Positions 15,001-27,802 of a stretch of 64,000 bases of DNA are shown piece after piece. The position numbers and the translations under genes were made by a program. Position 1 is the first letter of the stretch, and each line of letters begins with the position of its first letter. Source of the DNA: Eledone cirrhosa. Taxonomy: Eukaryota. The notes below the pieces were generated by a model, which worked only from the letters and a program-made list of their open reading frames with translations, did no database searches and was not told the origin of the DNA. The DNA lies in the NCBI GenBank assembly GCA_964016885.1, contig OZ024741.1, forward strand, positions 127,906,001 through 127,970,000, given 5' to 3'.

Positions 15001-18000
15001 ACCCTAACCCAAACTAACGCTAACCGTGACCCTAAACCTAACTAACCCTAACCCTAACCCTAACCCTAACCCTAACCCTAACCCTAACTAACACTAACCC
15101 TAACCCTAACCCTAACCTGCAACTAACCCTAACCCTAACCTTAACTAACTTAACCCTAACCCTAACCCTATATTACACTAGCCCTAACCCTAAAACTAAA
15201 CCTAACGCTAACCCTACCCTAACTAACCCTAACCGTGTACTCTAATCCTTACCCTAACTAACACAAAACCTAACCCTAAACCTAACCCTAACAGTAACTA
15301 ACCCTAACCTTAACCCTAACCCTAGCCTTAACCATAACCCTAACCTTAACCCTAACCCAAACTAACACTAACCCTAACCCTATCTCTAACCCTAACTCTA
15401 ACTAATCATAACCCTAACCCTAACCCTATATTACACTAGCCCTAACCCTAAAACTAAACCTAACGCTAACCCTACCCTAACTAACCCTAACCGTGTACTC
15501 TAATCCTTACCCTAACTAACACAAAACCTAACCCTAAACCTAACCCTAACAGTAACTAACCCTAACCTTAACCCTAACCCTAGCCTTAACCATAACCCTA
15601 ACCTTAACCCTAACCCAAACTAACACTAACCCTAACCCTATCTCTAACCCTAACTCTAACTAATCATAACCCTAACCCTAACTAACCCTAACCCGAAACC
15701 TAACCCTAATACTAACTAACACTAACCCTAACCCTAACCCTAACTAACCCTAACACTAACCCTAACCCTAAACCTAACTAACACTAACCCTAACCCTAAC
15801 CTTAACTAACCCTAAACCTAACCCAAACCCTAACTCTAACTAACCCTAACCCTAACCCTAACCCTAACCCAAACATTAACTAACCCTAACCCTAACCCCA
15901 ACCCTAACCTTAACTAACCCAAACCCTAACCCAAACCCTAACTCTAACTAACCCTAACCCTAACTAAGACTAACCCTAACCCTAACCCTAACTAACACTA
16001 ACCATTAAACCTAACTCTAACCCTGACTTTAACTAACCCTAACCCTAACCCAAACCCTAACTCTAACTAACCCTAACGCTAACCCTAACCCTAACTAACC
16101 CAAACCCTAACCCTAAACCTAACTAACCATAACCCTAACCCTAACCCTAACTAACACTAACCCTAACCCTAACCCTAACCTGTAACTAACCCTAACCCTA
16201 ACCTTCACTAACACTAACGCTAACCTTAACCCTGACTTTAACTAACCCTAACCCTAACCCAAACCCTAACTCTAACTAACCCTAACGCTAACCCTAACCC
16301 TAACTAACCCTAACCCTAACCCTAAACCTAACTAACCATAACCCTAACCCTAACCCTAACTAACACTAACCCTAACCCTAACCCTAACCTGTAACTAACC
16401 CTAACCCTAACCCTAACTAACACAAAACCTAACCCTAACCTAACCCTAACAGTAACTAACCCTAACCTTAACACTAACCCTAACCTTAACCCTAACCCTA
16501 ACCTTAACCCTAACCCAAACTAACCCTAACCCTAACCCTAACCCTAACTAACCGTAACGCTAACCCTACCCCTAACCCTAACTAACACTAACGCTAACCC
16601 TATCTCTAACCCTAACTCTAACTAATCATAACCCTAACCCTAACTAACCCTAACCTGAAACCTAACCCTAATACTAACTAACTCTAACCCTAACCCTAAC
16701 CCTAACTAACTCTAACACTAAACCTAACCCTAACTAACCCTAACCCAACCCTAACTAACACTAACCCTAACCGTAACTAAGCCTTACCCTAACCCTAACT
16801 CTAACCCTAACTAACACTAACCTTAAGCCTAACCCTAACCCTAACTAACACTAAACCTATCCTTAACCCTAAACCTAACTAACCCTAACCCTAACCCTAA
16901 TCCTAACCCTAACCCTAACTAACACTAACCCTAAACCTAACCCTAATAAACCTAACCATAATCTTAACTAACCCTAACCATAACCATAACTATAACTATA
17001 ACCATAACCCTAACCCTGACCCTAACCTTAACCCTAACCTTAACTAACCCTAATCCTAACCCTAACCCTAAACCTAACCTTAACTAACCCTAACCCAAAC
17101 CTTAACTAACCTTAAACCTAACTGACACTAACCCTAACCCTAACCTTAACTAACCCAAACCCTAACCCAAACCCTAACTCTAACTAACCTTAAACCTAAC
17201 TGACACTAACCCTAACCCTAAACATAACTAACACTAAACCTAGCCTTAACTCTAACCCTAACTAAACCTAACCCTAACTAACACTAACCCTAACCCTAAC
17301 CCTAACTAACACTAACCCTAACCCTAACTCTAACCCTAACCTTAACTAACCCTAACCCTAACCCAAACCCTAACTCTAACTAACCCTAACCCTAACCCAA
17401 ACTAACGCAAACCGTGACCCTAAACCTAACTAACCCTAACCCTAACCCTAACCCTAACCCTAACTAACACTAACCCTAACCCTAACCCTAACCTGTAACT
17501 AACCCTAACCCAAACCCTAACCCTAAATTACACTAGCCCTAACCCTAAAACTAAACCTAACGCTAACCCTACCCTAACTAACCCTAACCGTGTACTCTAA
17601 TCCTTACCCTAACTAACACAAAACCTAACCCTAAACCTAACCCTAACAGTAACTAACACTAACCTTAACCCTAACCCTAGCCTTAACCCTAACCCTAACC
17701 TTAACCCTAACCCAAACTAACACTAACCCTAACCCTATCTCTAACCCTAACTCTAACTAATCATAACCCTAACCCTAACTAACCCTAACCCGAAACCAAA
17801 TCCTAATACTAACTAACACAAACCCTAACCCTAACCCTAACTAACCCTAACACTAACCCTAAGCCTAAACCAAACTAACACTAACCCTAACCCTAACGTT
17901 AACTAACCCTAACCCTAACCCAAACCCTAACTCTAACTAACCCTAACCCTAACCCTATCTCACCCTAACCCAACCCTAACTAACACTAACCCTAACCGTA

Positions 18001-21000
18001 ACAAAACCTTACCCTAACCCTAACCCTAACCCTAACTAACACTAACCTTAACCCTAACCCTAACCGTTAACTAACCCTAACCCTAACCTTAACCTTAACA
18101 CTAACTAACACTAACACTAAATCTAACCCTAACTAACCCTAACCGTAATCTTAACTAACCCTAACCCTAACCATAACCATAACTATAACCATAACCCTAA
18201 CCCTAACCCAAACCTTAACCCTATCCTTAATTAACCCTAATCCTAACCCTAACCCTAAACCTAACCTTAACTAACCCTAACCCAAACATTAACTAACCCA
18301 AACCCTAACCCAAACCCTAACTCTAACTAACCCTAAACCTAACTGACACTAACCCTAAACCTAACCCTAACTAACCCTAACCCTAACTAAGACTAACCCT
18401 AACCCTAAACCTAACTAACACTAACCATTAACCCTAACTCTAACCCTAACTTTAACTAACCCTAACCCTAACCCAAACCCTAACTCTAACTAACCCTAAC
18501 GCTAACCCTAACCCTCACTAACCCTAACCCGAACCCTAACCCTAAACCTAACTAACCCTAACCATAACCCTAACCCTAACCCTAACTAACACTAACCCTA
18601 ACCCTAACCCTAAGCTGTAACTAACCCTAACCCTAACCTTAACTAACACTAACGCTAACCCTAACCCTAACCCTAACTAACCGTGACGCTAACTCTACCC
18701 CTAACCCTAACTAACACTAACGCTAATCCTATCTCTAACCCTAACTCTAACTAATCATAACCCTAACCCTAACTAACCCTAACCCGAAACCTAACCCTAA
18801 TACTAACTAACACTAACGCTAACCCTAACCCTAACTAACTCTAACACTAAACCTAACCCTAACCCTAACTAACACTAACCCTAACCGTAACTAACTCTAA
18901 CCCTAACCCTGACTAACACTAACCCTAACCCAAAACCTAACCCTAACACTAACCCTAACTACACCTAATCCTAACCGTAACTAAACTCTAACCCTAACCC
19001 TGACTAACTCTAACCGAAACCCTAACCATAACCCTAACCATAACCCTAACCCTAACTAACCCTAACCCTAACTAGCCCTAACCCTAGACCTAACCCTAAC
19101 CCTAACCCTAACCCTAACGCTAACCCTAGCTAATCATAACCCTAACCCTAACTAACCCTAACCCGAACTCTAACCCTAACCCTAACCCTAACCCTAACAT
19201 TAACCCTAACTACACCTAACCCTAACCGTAACTAACTCTAACCCTAACCCTGACTAACCCTAACCGAAACCCTAACCCTAATCCTAACCATAACCCTAAC
19301 CCTAACTAACCCTAACCCTAACTAGCACTAACCCTAATCCTAATCCTAACCCTAACCCTAACCCTAACCCTAACACTAATCCTAACCCTAACCCTAACCC
19401 TAACTAACCCTAACCCTAACCGTAACTATCTCTAACCCTAACCATGACTAACACTAACCTTAACCCTAACCTTCACTAAACCTAACCCTAACCCTAACCC
19501 TAACCCTAACCCTAACCCTAACCCTAACCCTAACCCTAACTCTAACTAATCATAACCCTAACCCTAACTAACCCTAACCCTAACTAAACCTAACCCTAAC
19601 CGTAACTAACTCTAACACTAACCCTGACTAACCCTGACTAACCCTAACCCTTACCCTAACCCTAAAAAACCCTAACCTAAAGCTAAACCTAACCCTAACC
19701 CTAACTAACACTAACCCTAACCCTAACTCTAACCCTTACCTTAACTAACCCTAACCCTAACCCAAACCCTAACCCTAACTAATCATAACCCTAAGCCTAA
19801 CTAACCCTAACCCGAACCCTAACACTAACTCTAACCCGAACCCTAACCCTAACACTAATCCTAACCCTAACCCTAACCCTAACTAACCCTAACCCTAACC
19901 GTAACTATCTCTAACCCTAACCATGACTAACACTAACCTTAAACCTAACCTTCACTAACACTAACCCTAACCCTAACCCTAACACTAAACCTAACCCTAA
20001 CTAAACCTAACCCTAACCGTAACTAACTCTAACACTAACCCTGACTAACCCTGACTAACCCTAACCCTTACCCTAACCCTAACTAACCCTAACCCTAACT
20101 AGCACATACCCTAACCCCAACCCTAACCCTAACTAACCCTAACCCTAACTAACACTAAATATAACCCTAACCCTACCCCTAAATAACCCTAACCTAAAGC
20201 TAACCCTAACCCTAACCCTAACCCTAACCCTAACCCTAACTCTAACACTAACCCTAACCCTAACTAACCCTAAACCAACCTTAACTAACACTAACCCTAA
20301 CCGTAACTAAACCTAACCCTAACCCTAACCCTAACCCTAACTAACACTAACCTTAACCCTAACTCTAACCCTAACTAACCCTAACCCTAACTAACACTAA
20401 CCCTAACCCTAACCCTAACTAACACTAACCCTAACCCTAACCCTAACCTGTAACTAATCCTAACCCTAACCTTAACTAACACTAACCCTAACCCTAACCC
20501 TAACCCTAACTAAACCTAGCCCTAACCCTAAAACTATACCTAACGCTAACCCTACCCTAACTAACCCTAACCGTGTACCCTAATCCTAACCCTAACTAAC
20601 ACAAAACCTAACCCTAAACCTAACCCGAACAGTAACTAACCCTAACCTTAACCCTAACCCTAACCTTAACCCTAACCCAAACTAACCCTAACCCTAACTA
20701 ACCGTAACGCTAACCCTACCCTAACCCTAACTAACACTAACGCTAACCCTATCTCTAACCCTAACTCTAACTAATCATAACCCTAACCCTAACTAACCCT
20801 AACCCGAAACCTAACCCTAATACTAACTAACACTAACCCTAACCCTAACTAACCCTAACCCTAACTAGTACTAACCCTAACCCCAACCCTAACCCTAACT
20901 AACCCTAACCCTAACTAACACTAAATATAACCCTAACCCTACTCCTAAATAACCCTAACCTAAAGCTAACCCTAACTCTAACCCTAACCCTAACTCTAAC

Positions 21001-21950
21001 ACTAACCCTAACGCTAACTAACCCTAAACCAACCCTAACTAACACTAACCCTAACCATAACTAAACCTAACCCTAACCCTAACCCTAACGCTAACCCTAA
21101 CCCTAACTAACACTAACCTTAACCCTAACCCTAACCCTAACTAACCCTAACCCTAACCCTAACCCTAATCCTAACCCTAACCCTAACTAACACTAACCCT
21201 AAACCTAACCCTAACTAACCCTAACCGTAATCTTAACTAACCCTAACCCTAACCCTAACCCTAACCTTAATTAACCCTAACCCTAACTCTAACCCTAAAC
21301 CTAACCTTAACACTAATCCTAACCCTAACTCTAACCTTAACCTTAACTAACCCTAACCCTAACCCAAACCCTAACCCTAACTAACACTAACCCTAACCCT
21401 AAACCTAACTAACCCTAACCCTAATCTTAATTAACCCTAACCCTAACTCTAACCCTAAACCTAACCTTAACTAACCCTAACCCTAACCCTAACCCTAACC
21501 TTAACTAACCCTAACCCTAACCCTAACTAACACTAATCCTAACTCTAACTCTAACCCTAACCTTAACTAACCCTAACCCTAACCCAAACCCTAACTCTAA
21601 CTAACCCTAACGCTAATTAACCCTAACCCTAACCCTAACCCTAACCCTAACCCTAACTAACCCTAACTCTAACCCTAACTAACATTAACCCTAAACCTAA
21701 CTAACACTAACCCTAACCCTAACCCCAACCCTAACTCTAACTAACCCTAACCCTAACCCTAACTAACACTAACCCTAACCCTAAACCTAACTAACCTTAA
21801 CACTAACCCTAACCCTAACCCTAAGCCTAACCCTAACCCGACGCCGACGCCGACTCCGAATCCGACGCCGACCTAACCCTAACCCTAACCCTAACCCAAC
21901 CCAACCCAACCCAACCTCCACCCCAACCCCAACCCTAACGCTAGCCCTAC
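1..21950. repeat. Degenerate telomeric array, (CCCTAA)n/(TTAGGG)n with abundant variant units
   Basis: CCCTAA units are interspersed throughout with CTAA, CACTAA, CCTTAA, CTCTAA, CCGTAA, CCATAA, CCCAAA and CCCTGA. Pure runs are only about 10 units (e.g. ~950-1017, ~19480-19540). C-rich on + at the window start is left-arm telomere polarity. Confidence 0.95.
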
Positions 21951-22235
21951 CGAGGAACCCCATTTCGGTCGCTTGTATTCTTGATCGCATTCTTCCGGTC
22001 GTTACCCAAGATTCATGACCATAGGTAAGGGGTGACACGAATACCGAATTGAAGATAGCGAGTTTGGCTTTTACAACTACCTCCCTTCTGGTTATTGAAT
22101 GCTGAAGCTGGAGCATTACTGTAGCAGCTCCTGCAATTTTTGCACTTAATAATGCCTCATGTCTTCCATCACTCGTGAACACGGCCCCTAGAAACTTGAA
22201 CTTCTCTACCTGGTTTCGATTTAGCACCATTTATC
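21945..22235 (-). mobile_element. RTE-clade LINE (Rex3/Expander-like) reverse transcriptase C-terminal fragment, truncated by telomeric repeats
   Basis: Translation QVEKFKFLGAVFTSDG...KAKLAIFNSVFVSPLTYGHESWVTTGRMRSRIQATEMGFLGR matches the RTE motifs F.YLG, K..IY.S...P.LTYG.E.W and IQA.EM.FLRR. The frame then runs into TTAGGG-derived sequence. Confidence 0.88.
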
Positions 22236-22738
22236 CCACTACAAATACTGGGACATTCGTATAGAGACACCAGGGAAAGATGCTGACCATCGATCGAAGA
22301 TTAAATTAAAATCTTCCAACATAGTTTTATATTGGAACCACATTTTATGTAACCTTTTTGATAATGAATAAAAAAATTAGTAAATCAATACAAAACCAAC
22401 TGGCAGGAGACCCAGGGGTAGACTCCGAGCAAGAGTTTGACATCCATTAACTTTGATTACAATAACCGGTTTATAATAGTATTCATGATTATAATAAGAT
22501 GATTTTATTTTATATACATGTATTAAAAGACAGGAGGAGTGTCTGTTTTAATGATTTAAAGCTCGCTAACACCTCCTCCCTTTGGTAAAAGGAGGGGAAA
22601 TATATTTTAAAATAGCCCAGCGTACAAGAAAACTAAAATTACAACAACATCAGTAACGTCACTAGTAGTATAAACAAACCAAGTACGTCAGCCCTATACC
22701 CCCAGTCAATCTCCACCTGATCCACCACATGTCAGCAA

Positions 22739-22742
<4 letters not shown>

Positions 22743-22781
<39 letters not shown>

Positions 22782-22876
22782 GAGAGAGAGAGAGAGAGAG
22801 TGTGTTTCTATCCTTAAAGCACCCGGATTGAAACAATTAGCAAAAATGTCGTATCCTCAGGCTTTTGACACGTTTA

Positions 22877-22944
<68 letters not shown>
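22743..22944. repeat. (GA)n/poly-G and (GTA)n microsatellites
   Basis: Direct reading. Confidence 0.9.
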
Positions 22945-23245
22945 ATCATATTATAACTTCGTCACACCCTCCTCTTCCTCCTCCTCATCAGTTGTATAAA
23001 AAATAAGTGTAAAAAAGTAAGATCACGATGTCTATAGGTATAACATGATTGATGAGAGACCTGCCATGTCAGAGCTGGCCTAGGGCTAAACAATAATAAC
23101 ATTATCATCTATACAAGAGACTATGGTGTATTTGGAGAGAAAATAATCCACATTGCACTTAGTTACCGGGTGTAATTAATATAAACACACACACACATAC
23201 ACATATATATACACACATTCATATATATATATATACATATGTATG

Positions 23246-23280
<35 letters not shown>

Positions 23281-23439
23281 CTTTTCTGAATTTGTTTAGC
23301 AAGATTCTTTATCTGAAAACGTGTGTTGAAACCGATATTGTTATACTTTGGGAGGGTCATGTTGCCAATAAGAAACACACGCACCAGTTGCTTTCACTTC
23401 AATTTATTATAATAAATTTATAAATTTAGGAATTTATAG

Positions 23440-23765
23440 ATTTCCGGTTGGTTGGTTGGTTCCACAACCAGATGGTTGTTTATATATTGTCAAAGTTCTT
23501 TCGTCACACATTCTGTGACCTCTTCAGTTACTGGGGATTCTTTTCTTTGTTTTTTGTGCCTCTCCTTTGTTCTGTCCTACGCCATCTTGTTTTTTTGTGT
23601 GTGTGTTGTGTGCTTAGTTTGCGCATGTGTTACATCCGGGTGTCTGTGTGTGTTTTATTCGTTTATTTATTTGTTTATTTACATGTTACTAGTTAGTTGT
23701 TTGTTCTATGTGCGTGTGTGTTTTCATTTTGTCCTTAATTGTAAGTTGTGATGTTGCTGTTACAT
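23440..23765 (-). mobile_element. Penelope-like element 3' UTR/pLTR fragment, same family as 55893-56500
   Basis: 23620-23765 (tgcgcatgtgttacatccgggtgt...actagttagttgtttgttctat...agttgtgatgttgct) aligns by eye with 55896-56060, which lies downstream of a GIY-YIG ORF. It also carries a hammerhead motif. Confidence 0.7.
23489..23531 (-). ncRNA. Minimal type I hammerhead ribozyme-like motif (degenerate)
   Basis: Minus strand reads GTAA-CTGAAGA-G-GTCACA(GAATG)TGTGAC-GAAA-GAAC-TT-TGAC, with both core boxes and a perfect 6-bp stem II. Stems I and III are imperfect. Confidence 0.55.
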
Positions 23766-23962
23766 AAGAAACGGAGAATCAGTGGTGCGATGAATAAGAT
23801 TTATAAGACATTACAATCGTTTTTCTGGCGACCAACTCGAGGCACGATCGATGCAATGATCAAACCTGACTCTGAAATCACAAGATCCTCGGATATGTCT
23901 CGATTCTACGAAAAAGAGTTTCCAATATATATATATACATATATATTATATATATACATATA

Positions 23963-24650
23963 CTAGCAGTGGTACCCGGCGTTGCATGGGATAAGGTATT
24001 TTTGAATGCGGGCCGCCAACAGACCTAATCGTGGAAAAACTGCATGCCTGGACAATATGTAAAGAAAATAAACTGAATACTCTGATGACTGGATAATCTT
24101 TAAGATTTTCCTCGATGAATCAGGAAAAATGCAAGTTTTCACCTAATGCGGGCCCTAGGGGATCAAGAAAATGAATTTTTTTATGTGCATAATATGCCTT
24201 GAAATTTCGGGCAAATCAGGTAGACGTAACGCCTCAAAATAGCCCTAAAAAGCTGAAAAAATGAAGTTTTTCACCTAATGCTGGCCCTAGGCCATAAAAA
24301 CGTTGGATTTTCTTTGCTCACCGTATGAAGAAGAGACTGACTAATACATAGTTACAATTTCAAGGAAATCAGTCTGACGTAACGCCTCATAAAACCCCTA
24401 AAAACCTGAAAAAACGCAGTTTTTCACCTAATGTCTAGGGTAACAAAAAGTTGAATTTTTTATGTGCATAACACTCCTTGAAGCATAAGTAATACACATG
24501 TAAAGTTTGAAAAAAGTCGATTGGGTACTTCTCAAGTTGTAGGGATTCAACCCCCCCCCCCCCCCCCCCCCCCCCCCACACACACACACCTACACACATC
24601 CTCAGGGAAGTGATGTAATGCAGACAGTCAGAAATACAGACAGATATTAT
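23963..24650 (-). mobile_element. Non-autonomous Helitron with internal tandem repeats
   Basis: The minus-strand 3' end is CCCATGCAACGCCGGG (imperfect hairpin)-TACCACTG-CTAG followed by T. Three 110-150 bp internal repeats (aaaa..gttttcacctaatg..ccctagg..gacgtaacgcctca) lie at ~24124-24520, with (CA)n/(CAGA)-like repeats near the other end. The 5' boundary is approximate. Confidence 0.65.
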
Positions 24651-24815
24651 AAGGGCGCGACGTTATATGTATGTATCCATCTAAAAAGAACTGCCAAGAC
24701 TGAAGCTTAAACTAAATTATTTGAAGAGCTGCTTCTTTGTTCCTTGATGAAAAAAATGTCTGATCAACCGGGAAAGCTTCAACAGACACACACACACGCA
24801 CACACGCACACGCGC

Positions 24816-24867
<52 letters not shown>

Positions 24868-24904
24868 GCACACACACACACACACGCACGCACACACACA
24901 CACG

Positions 24905-24939
<35 letters not shown>

Positions 24940-25134
24940 ATGTGTATATGTACACACACATATGTATGTATGTATATATGTATACACACACACATGGCTG
25001 AGTTTGGATCTAGCTAGTTGTCGAAACGGCCGGAGCTCAGCCGGCGGAGTCCGGAATCTTTTCGTATTACCCACTCTACTACTCCAGTACTCTGGTGGGT
25101 TCATGGTCGACCTGGTATTTTGCCACACCCTATT

Positions 25135-25183
<49 letters not shown>

Positions 25184-26687
25184 TATGTATACGTACATAC
25201 ATATATATATACATACATACATGCACGCATATATATATATGTACGTATGGATTTACCGAACATTTTTTATAATGTTCGGTTTGTTTGTAAACAAACAGCC
25301 CGAATTAAGCCGTACAGTGTTCGGCAACCACCGTTGCCCTTTTGTTCAACACTGACAAAGGAACGATGAACTAGTTTCTAGCTTATTAGCTGTCGTCAGC
25401 ACTGTATACCTTCCTGTCAGATGATTGAACGTCTGAAAGTATATACTTTCCTTATGCATATTAACGGCTGAGCAGCCTAATTTGCATATCGAGTGAGTTA
25501 GACGGCCGGGCGCACCGAAAACGATAAATGGAAAAAATGAAATTTAGAATAACAGATTAAAGTTTAAGCAAAGAATCGCTGCTTTCACCCTTAACGGGAT
25601 CTTCAGAAGATCTAATAAATAATTGCTCTACGGTTTTTATATATATATATATATTATCCTTATCGAGCCCTCTTCGGATTTTAGTCTTCACATTTATTAT
25701 TATTACTATATATATATATATAGCGAGAGAGAGATTGGGAGTTACTAGTTTAGACTAGTAAGACCATATTCAGCTAAGTACTCAATACTTGGGAAAGTAG
25801 AGTGTGTGTATAGTGAAAAGTTAGTGCCCGACGGCTGAACTCACGCCGTTTCCACGGGCACTAAATTTTATAAATATGTTGTTTCGTGTATGCATTTTAA
25901 ATATCTATTTAGATTGTTTGTCTAATAGTTTAGGATTAAATTTAATGTTTATTTCGTTTATACAAGTCTATGTAATTATTTAGTTGGCTATTTGAATTAT
26001 TTCAGGATATTTTTAGTTAATACTTTATATTTAGACATGTATTGTTTAATGATTTCTCTAGGATAACTTTAATAATTTTTAACCTTGAGACTTTTCATTG
26101 TTTTATGAGTATAGGAGATTCTGCAGATAATAATGTATATTGTTTAATGTTTATTCTTATACAGAGACTGTGTAATATGACGGCTGCAGCTTGAAAACGT
26201 GCGTCTCCCCCATACTCATATTCAAAACGGTTTAGTGGTTGGGAAATATGAATGATGTCTGGGGAAGGGATTATGGAAGATGTGTTGGGTCTAGTATAGA
26301 CATTTAGTTTGTAATAGGCTTTGTTTTAATGAGTATATTGGTTAGGAGTTTGGTATTCGACGGTCTTATCCACTGGGATTTTGTTTATTGTTGGCTTTGT
26401 TTTCGGAGTGTATTAGTTACGTACAGGGACGTTTCTTTTAGATACATCTACGTTCATATTTATTTATTTGAGAGCCCTACTTGCTTCTTTGTGTGTGTAA
26501 GTTTGTTTGTGTGTGTGTGTGGGGGGGGTAGTGTGTGTGGGGGGGGGGGGGGTAGTGTGGGGGGGGGGGGTTAGGGGGGGGGGGTAGTGTGCGCGCGAAC
26601 ATAAATAATAAATCTGAAACGATAAATTTTGTATTTCGCATTGAGCGAACGAAGCGAAATGAATTGAGAACGTAGAAATCAAAATAT

Positions 26688-26786
<99 letters not shown>

Positions 26787-27116
26787 CGAAATGTATATTA
26801 GATATACTTAATGCCTGTTGATCGTGTATGTAACATATGAAACCTTCTGAACTCTAAGCATTCTGCCGACTCACTGGCCATGAAGATATGTCGATATATT
26901 GATGTATTCATTCCTGCAGTAAAACATGAGTGGGGTTACTGTTTTTTCTGTCAAGTCCAGGAACACTTGCAAATGACCTGGTCAGAGACCCCCCCCCCCT
27001 CTCATTTAGAAATAGCAGCTAAATTTCCCTGAAATCTTACTAGGTCTACCCGCCCCCACACTACCACAATTGATCATAGTTATTATTGGATGAGAGAAGA
27101 TAATAACGATACAGAA

Positions 27117-27147
<31 letters not shown>

Positions 27148-27182
27148 TGTATGTATGTATGTATGTATGTATGTATGTATGT

Positions 27183-27584
27183 ATGACCCCTTAGCCTTTG
27201 TCAAGGCAGAATTCTAGGAGAAGGAAAACTCTGATATAACACCTGCAACCCTGATGGTATCCAATGATGTTGACTTGTTCTTCTTTTTGGTAAATATCAT
27301 CTTGGTTAAGAGAGTGGGACTGGCTTTGTGCAGTGCCTTTGCTCACTGTAAAAGCTTCACGGCACAGGCATTGCTTTATATCTGGAGATCTCTCTGCACT
27401 TGTCGTCACATGGTACCATGGGCCCAGCACTGTGTGTCAATAATTGTCACAAGTGTAGTGTTTGTACCAGAGTTTTCAAGTCGCTGGCTGGACTAAAAAG
27501 TCACACTCGTTCAGCACAACGGTAGGAGTTCTCCTACATGGATATAAAGTAGTGGCCGTACTCGAAAACGAGTTGGCAGCCACC
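27183..27584 (+). mobile_element. Bipartite non-autonomous RTE-derived retroposon (copy A)
   Basis: Near-identical to 36719-37132 in the opposite orientation. The 5' part contains GGCAGAATTCTAGGAGAAGGAAAACTCTGA, which resembles RTE 5'UTR motifs. The 3' end is an ACTCG-AAAA-CGAGT stem-loop plus GGCAGCCACC and ATGT repeats. It sits next to a (TATG)n tract. Confidence 0.7.
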
Positions 27585-27760
27585 ATGTATATATATATAT
27601 GTATGTATATGTATGTGTATGTGTATATGTATGTGTATGTGTGTATATGTGTGTGCATATATATGTATATATATATATATGTGTATGTATGTATATGTAT
27701 ATATGTATGTGTGTATGTATATGTGTGTATATATATATGTATATGTATATTATTTTTTTT

Positions 27761-27802
27761 TCTCGTGCAATAGTCATACTCGATAACGAGGGGGCAGCCA
27801 TC
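27761..27802 (+). mobile_element. RTE LINE extreme 3' end fragment followed by (ATGT)n tail
   Basis: TCTCGTGCAATAGTCATACTCGATAACGAGGGGGCAGCCATC(ATGT)n; near-identical reverse complement of 37206-37246. Confidence 0.65.

Noticed and set aside
21787-22230. Telomere-specific retrotransposon (TRAS/SART, HeT-A/TART, Athena) or TERT
   Set aside because: The motifs are RTE-clade, the copy is single and truncated, and no such elements are interspersed in the array.
25572-25614. Hammerhead-like CTGAAGA-TCCC..GGGT-GAAA on the minus strand
   Set aside because: It lacks the U-H cleavage site and stem I pairing; at best a remnant.
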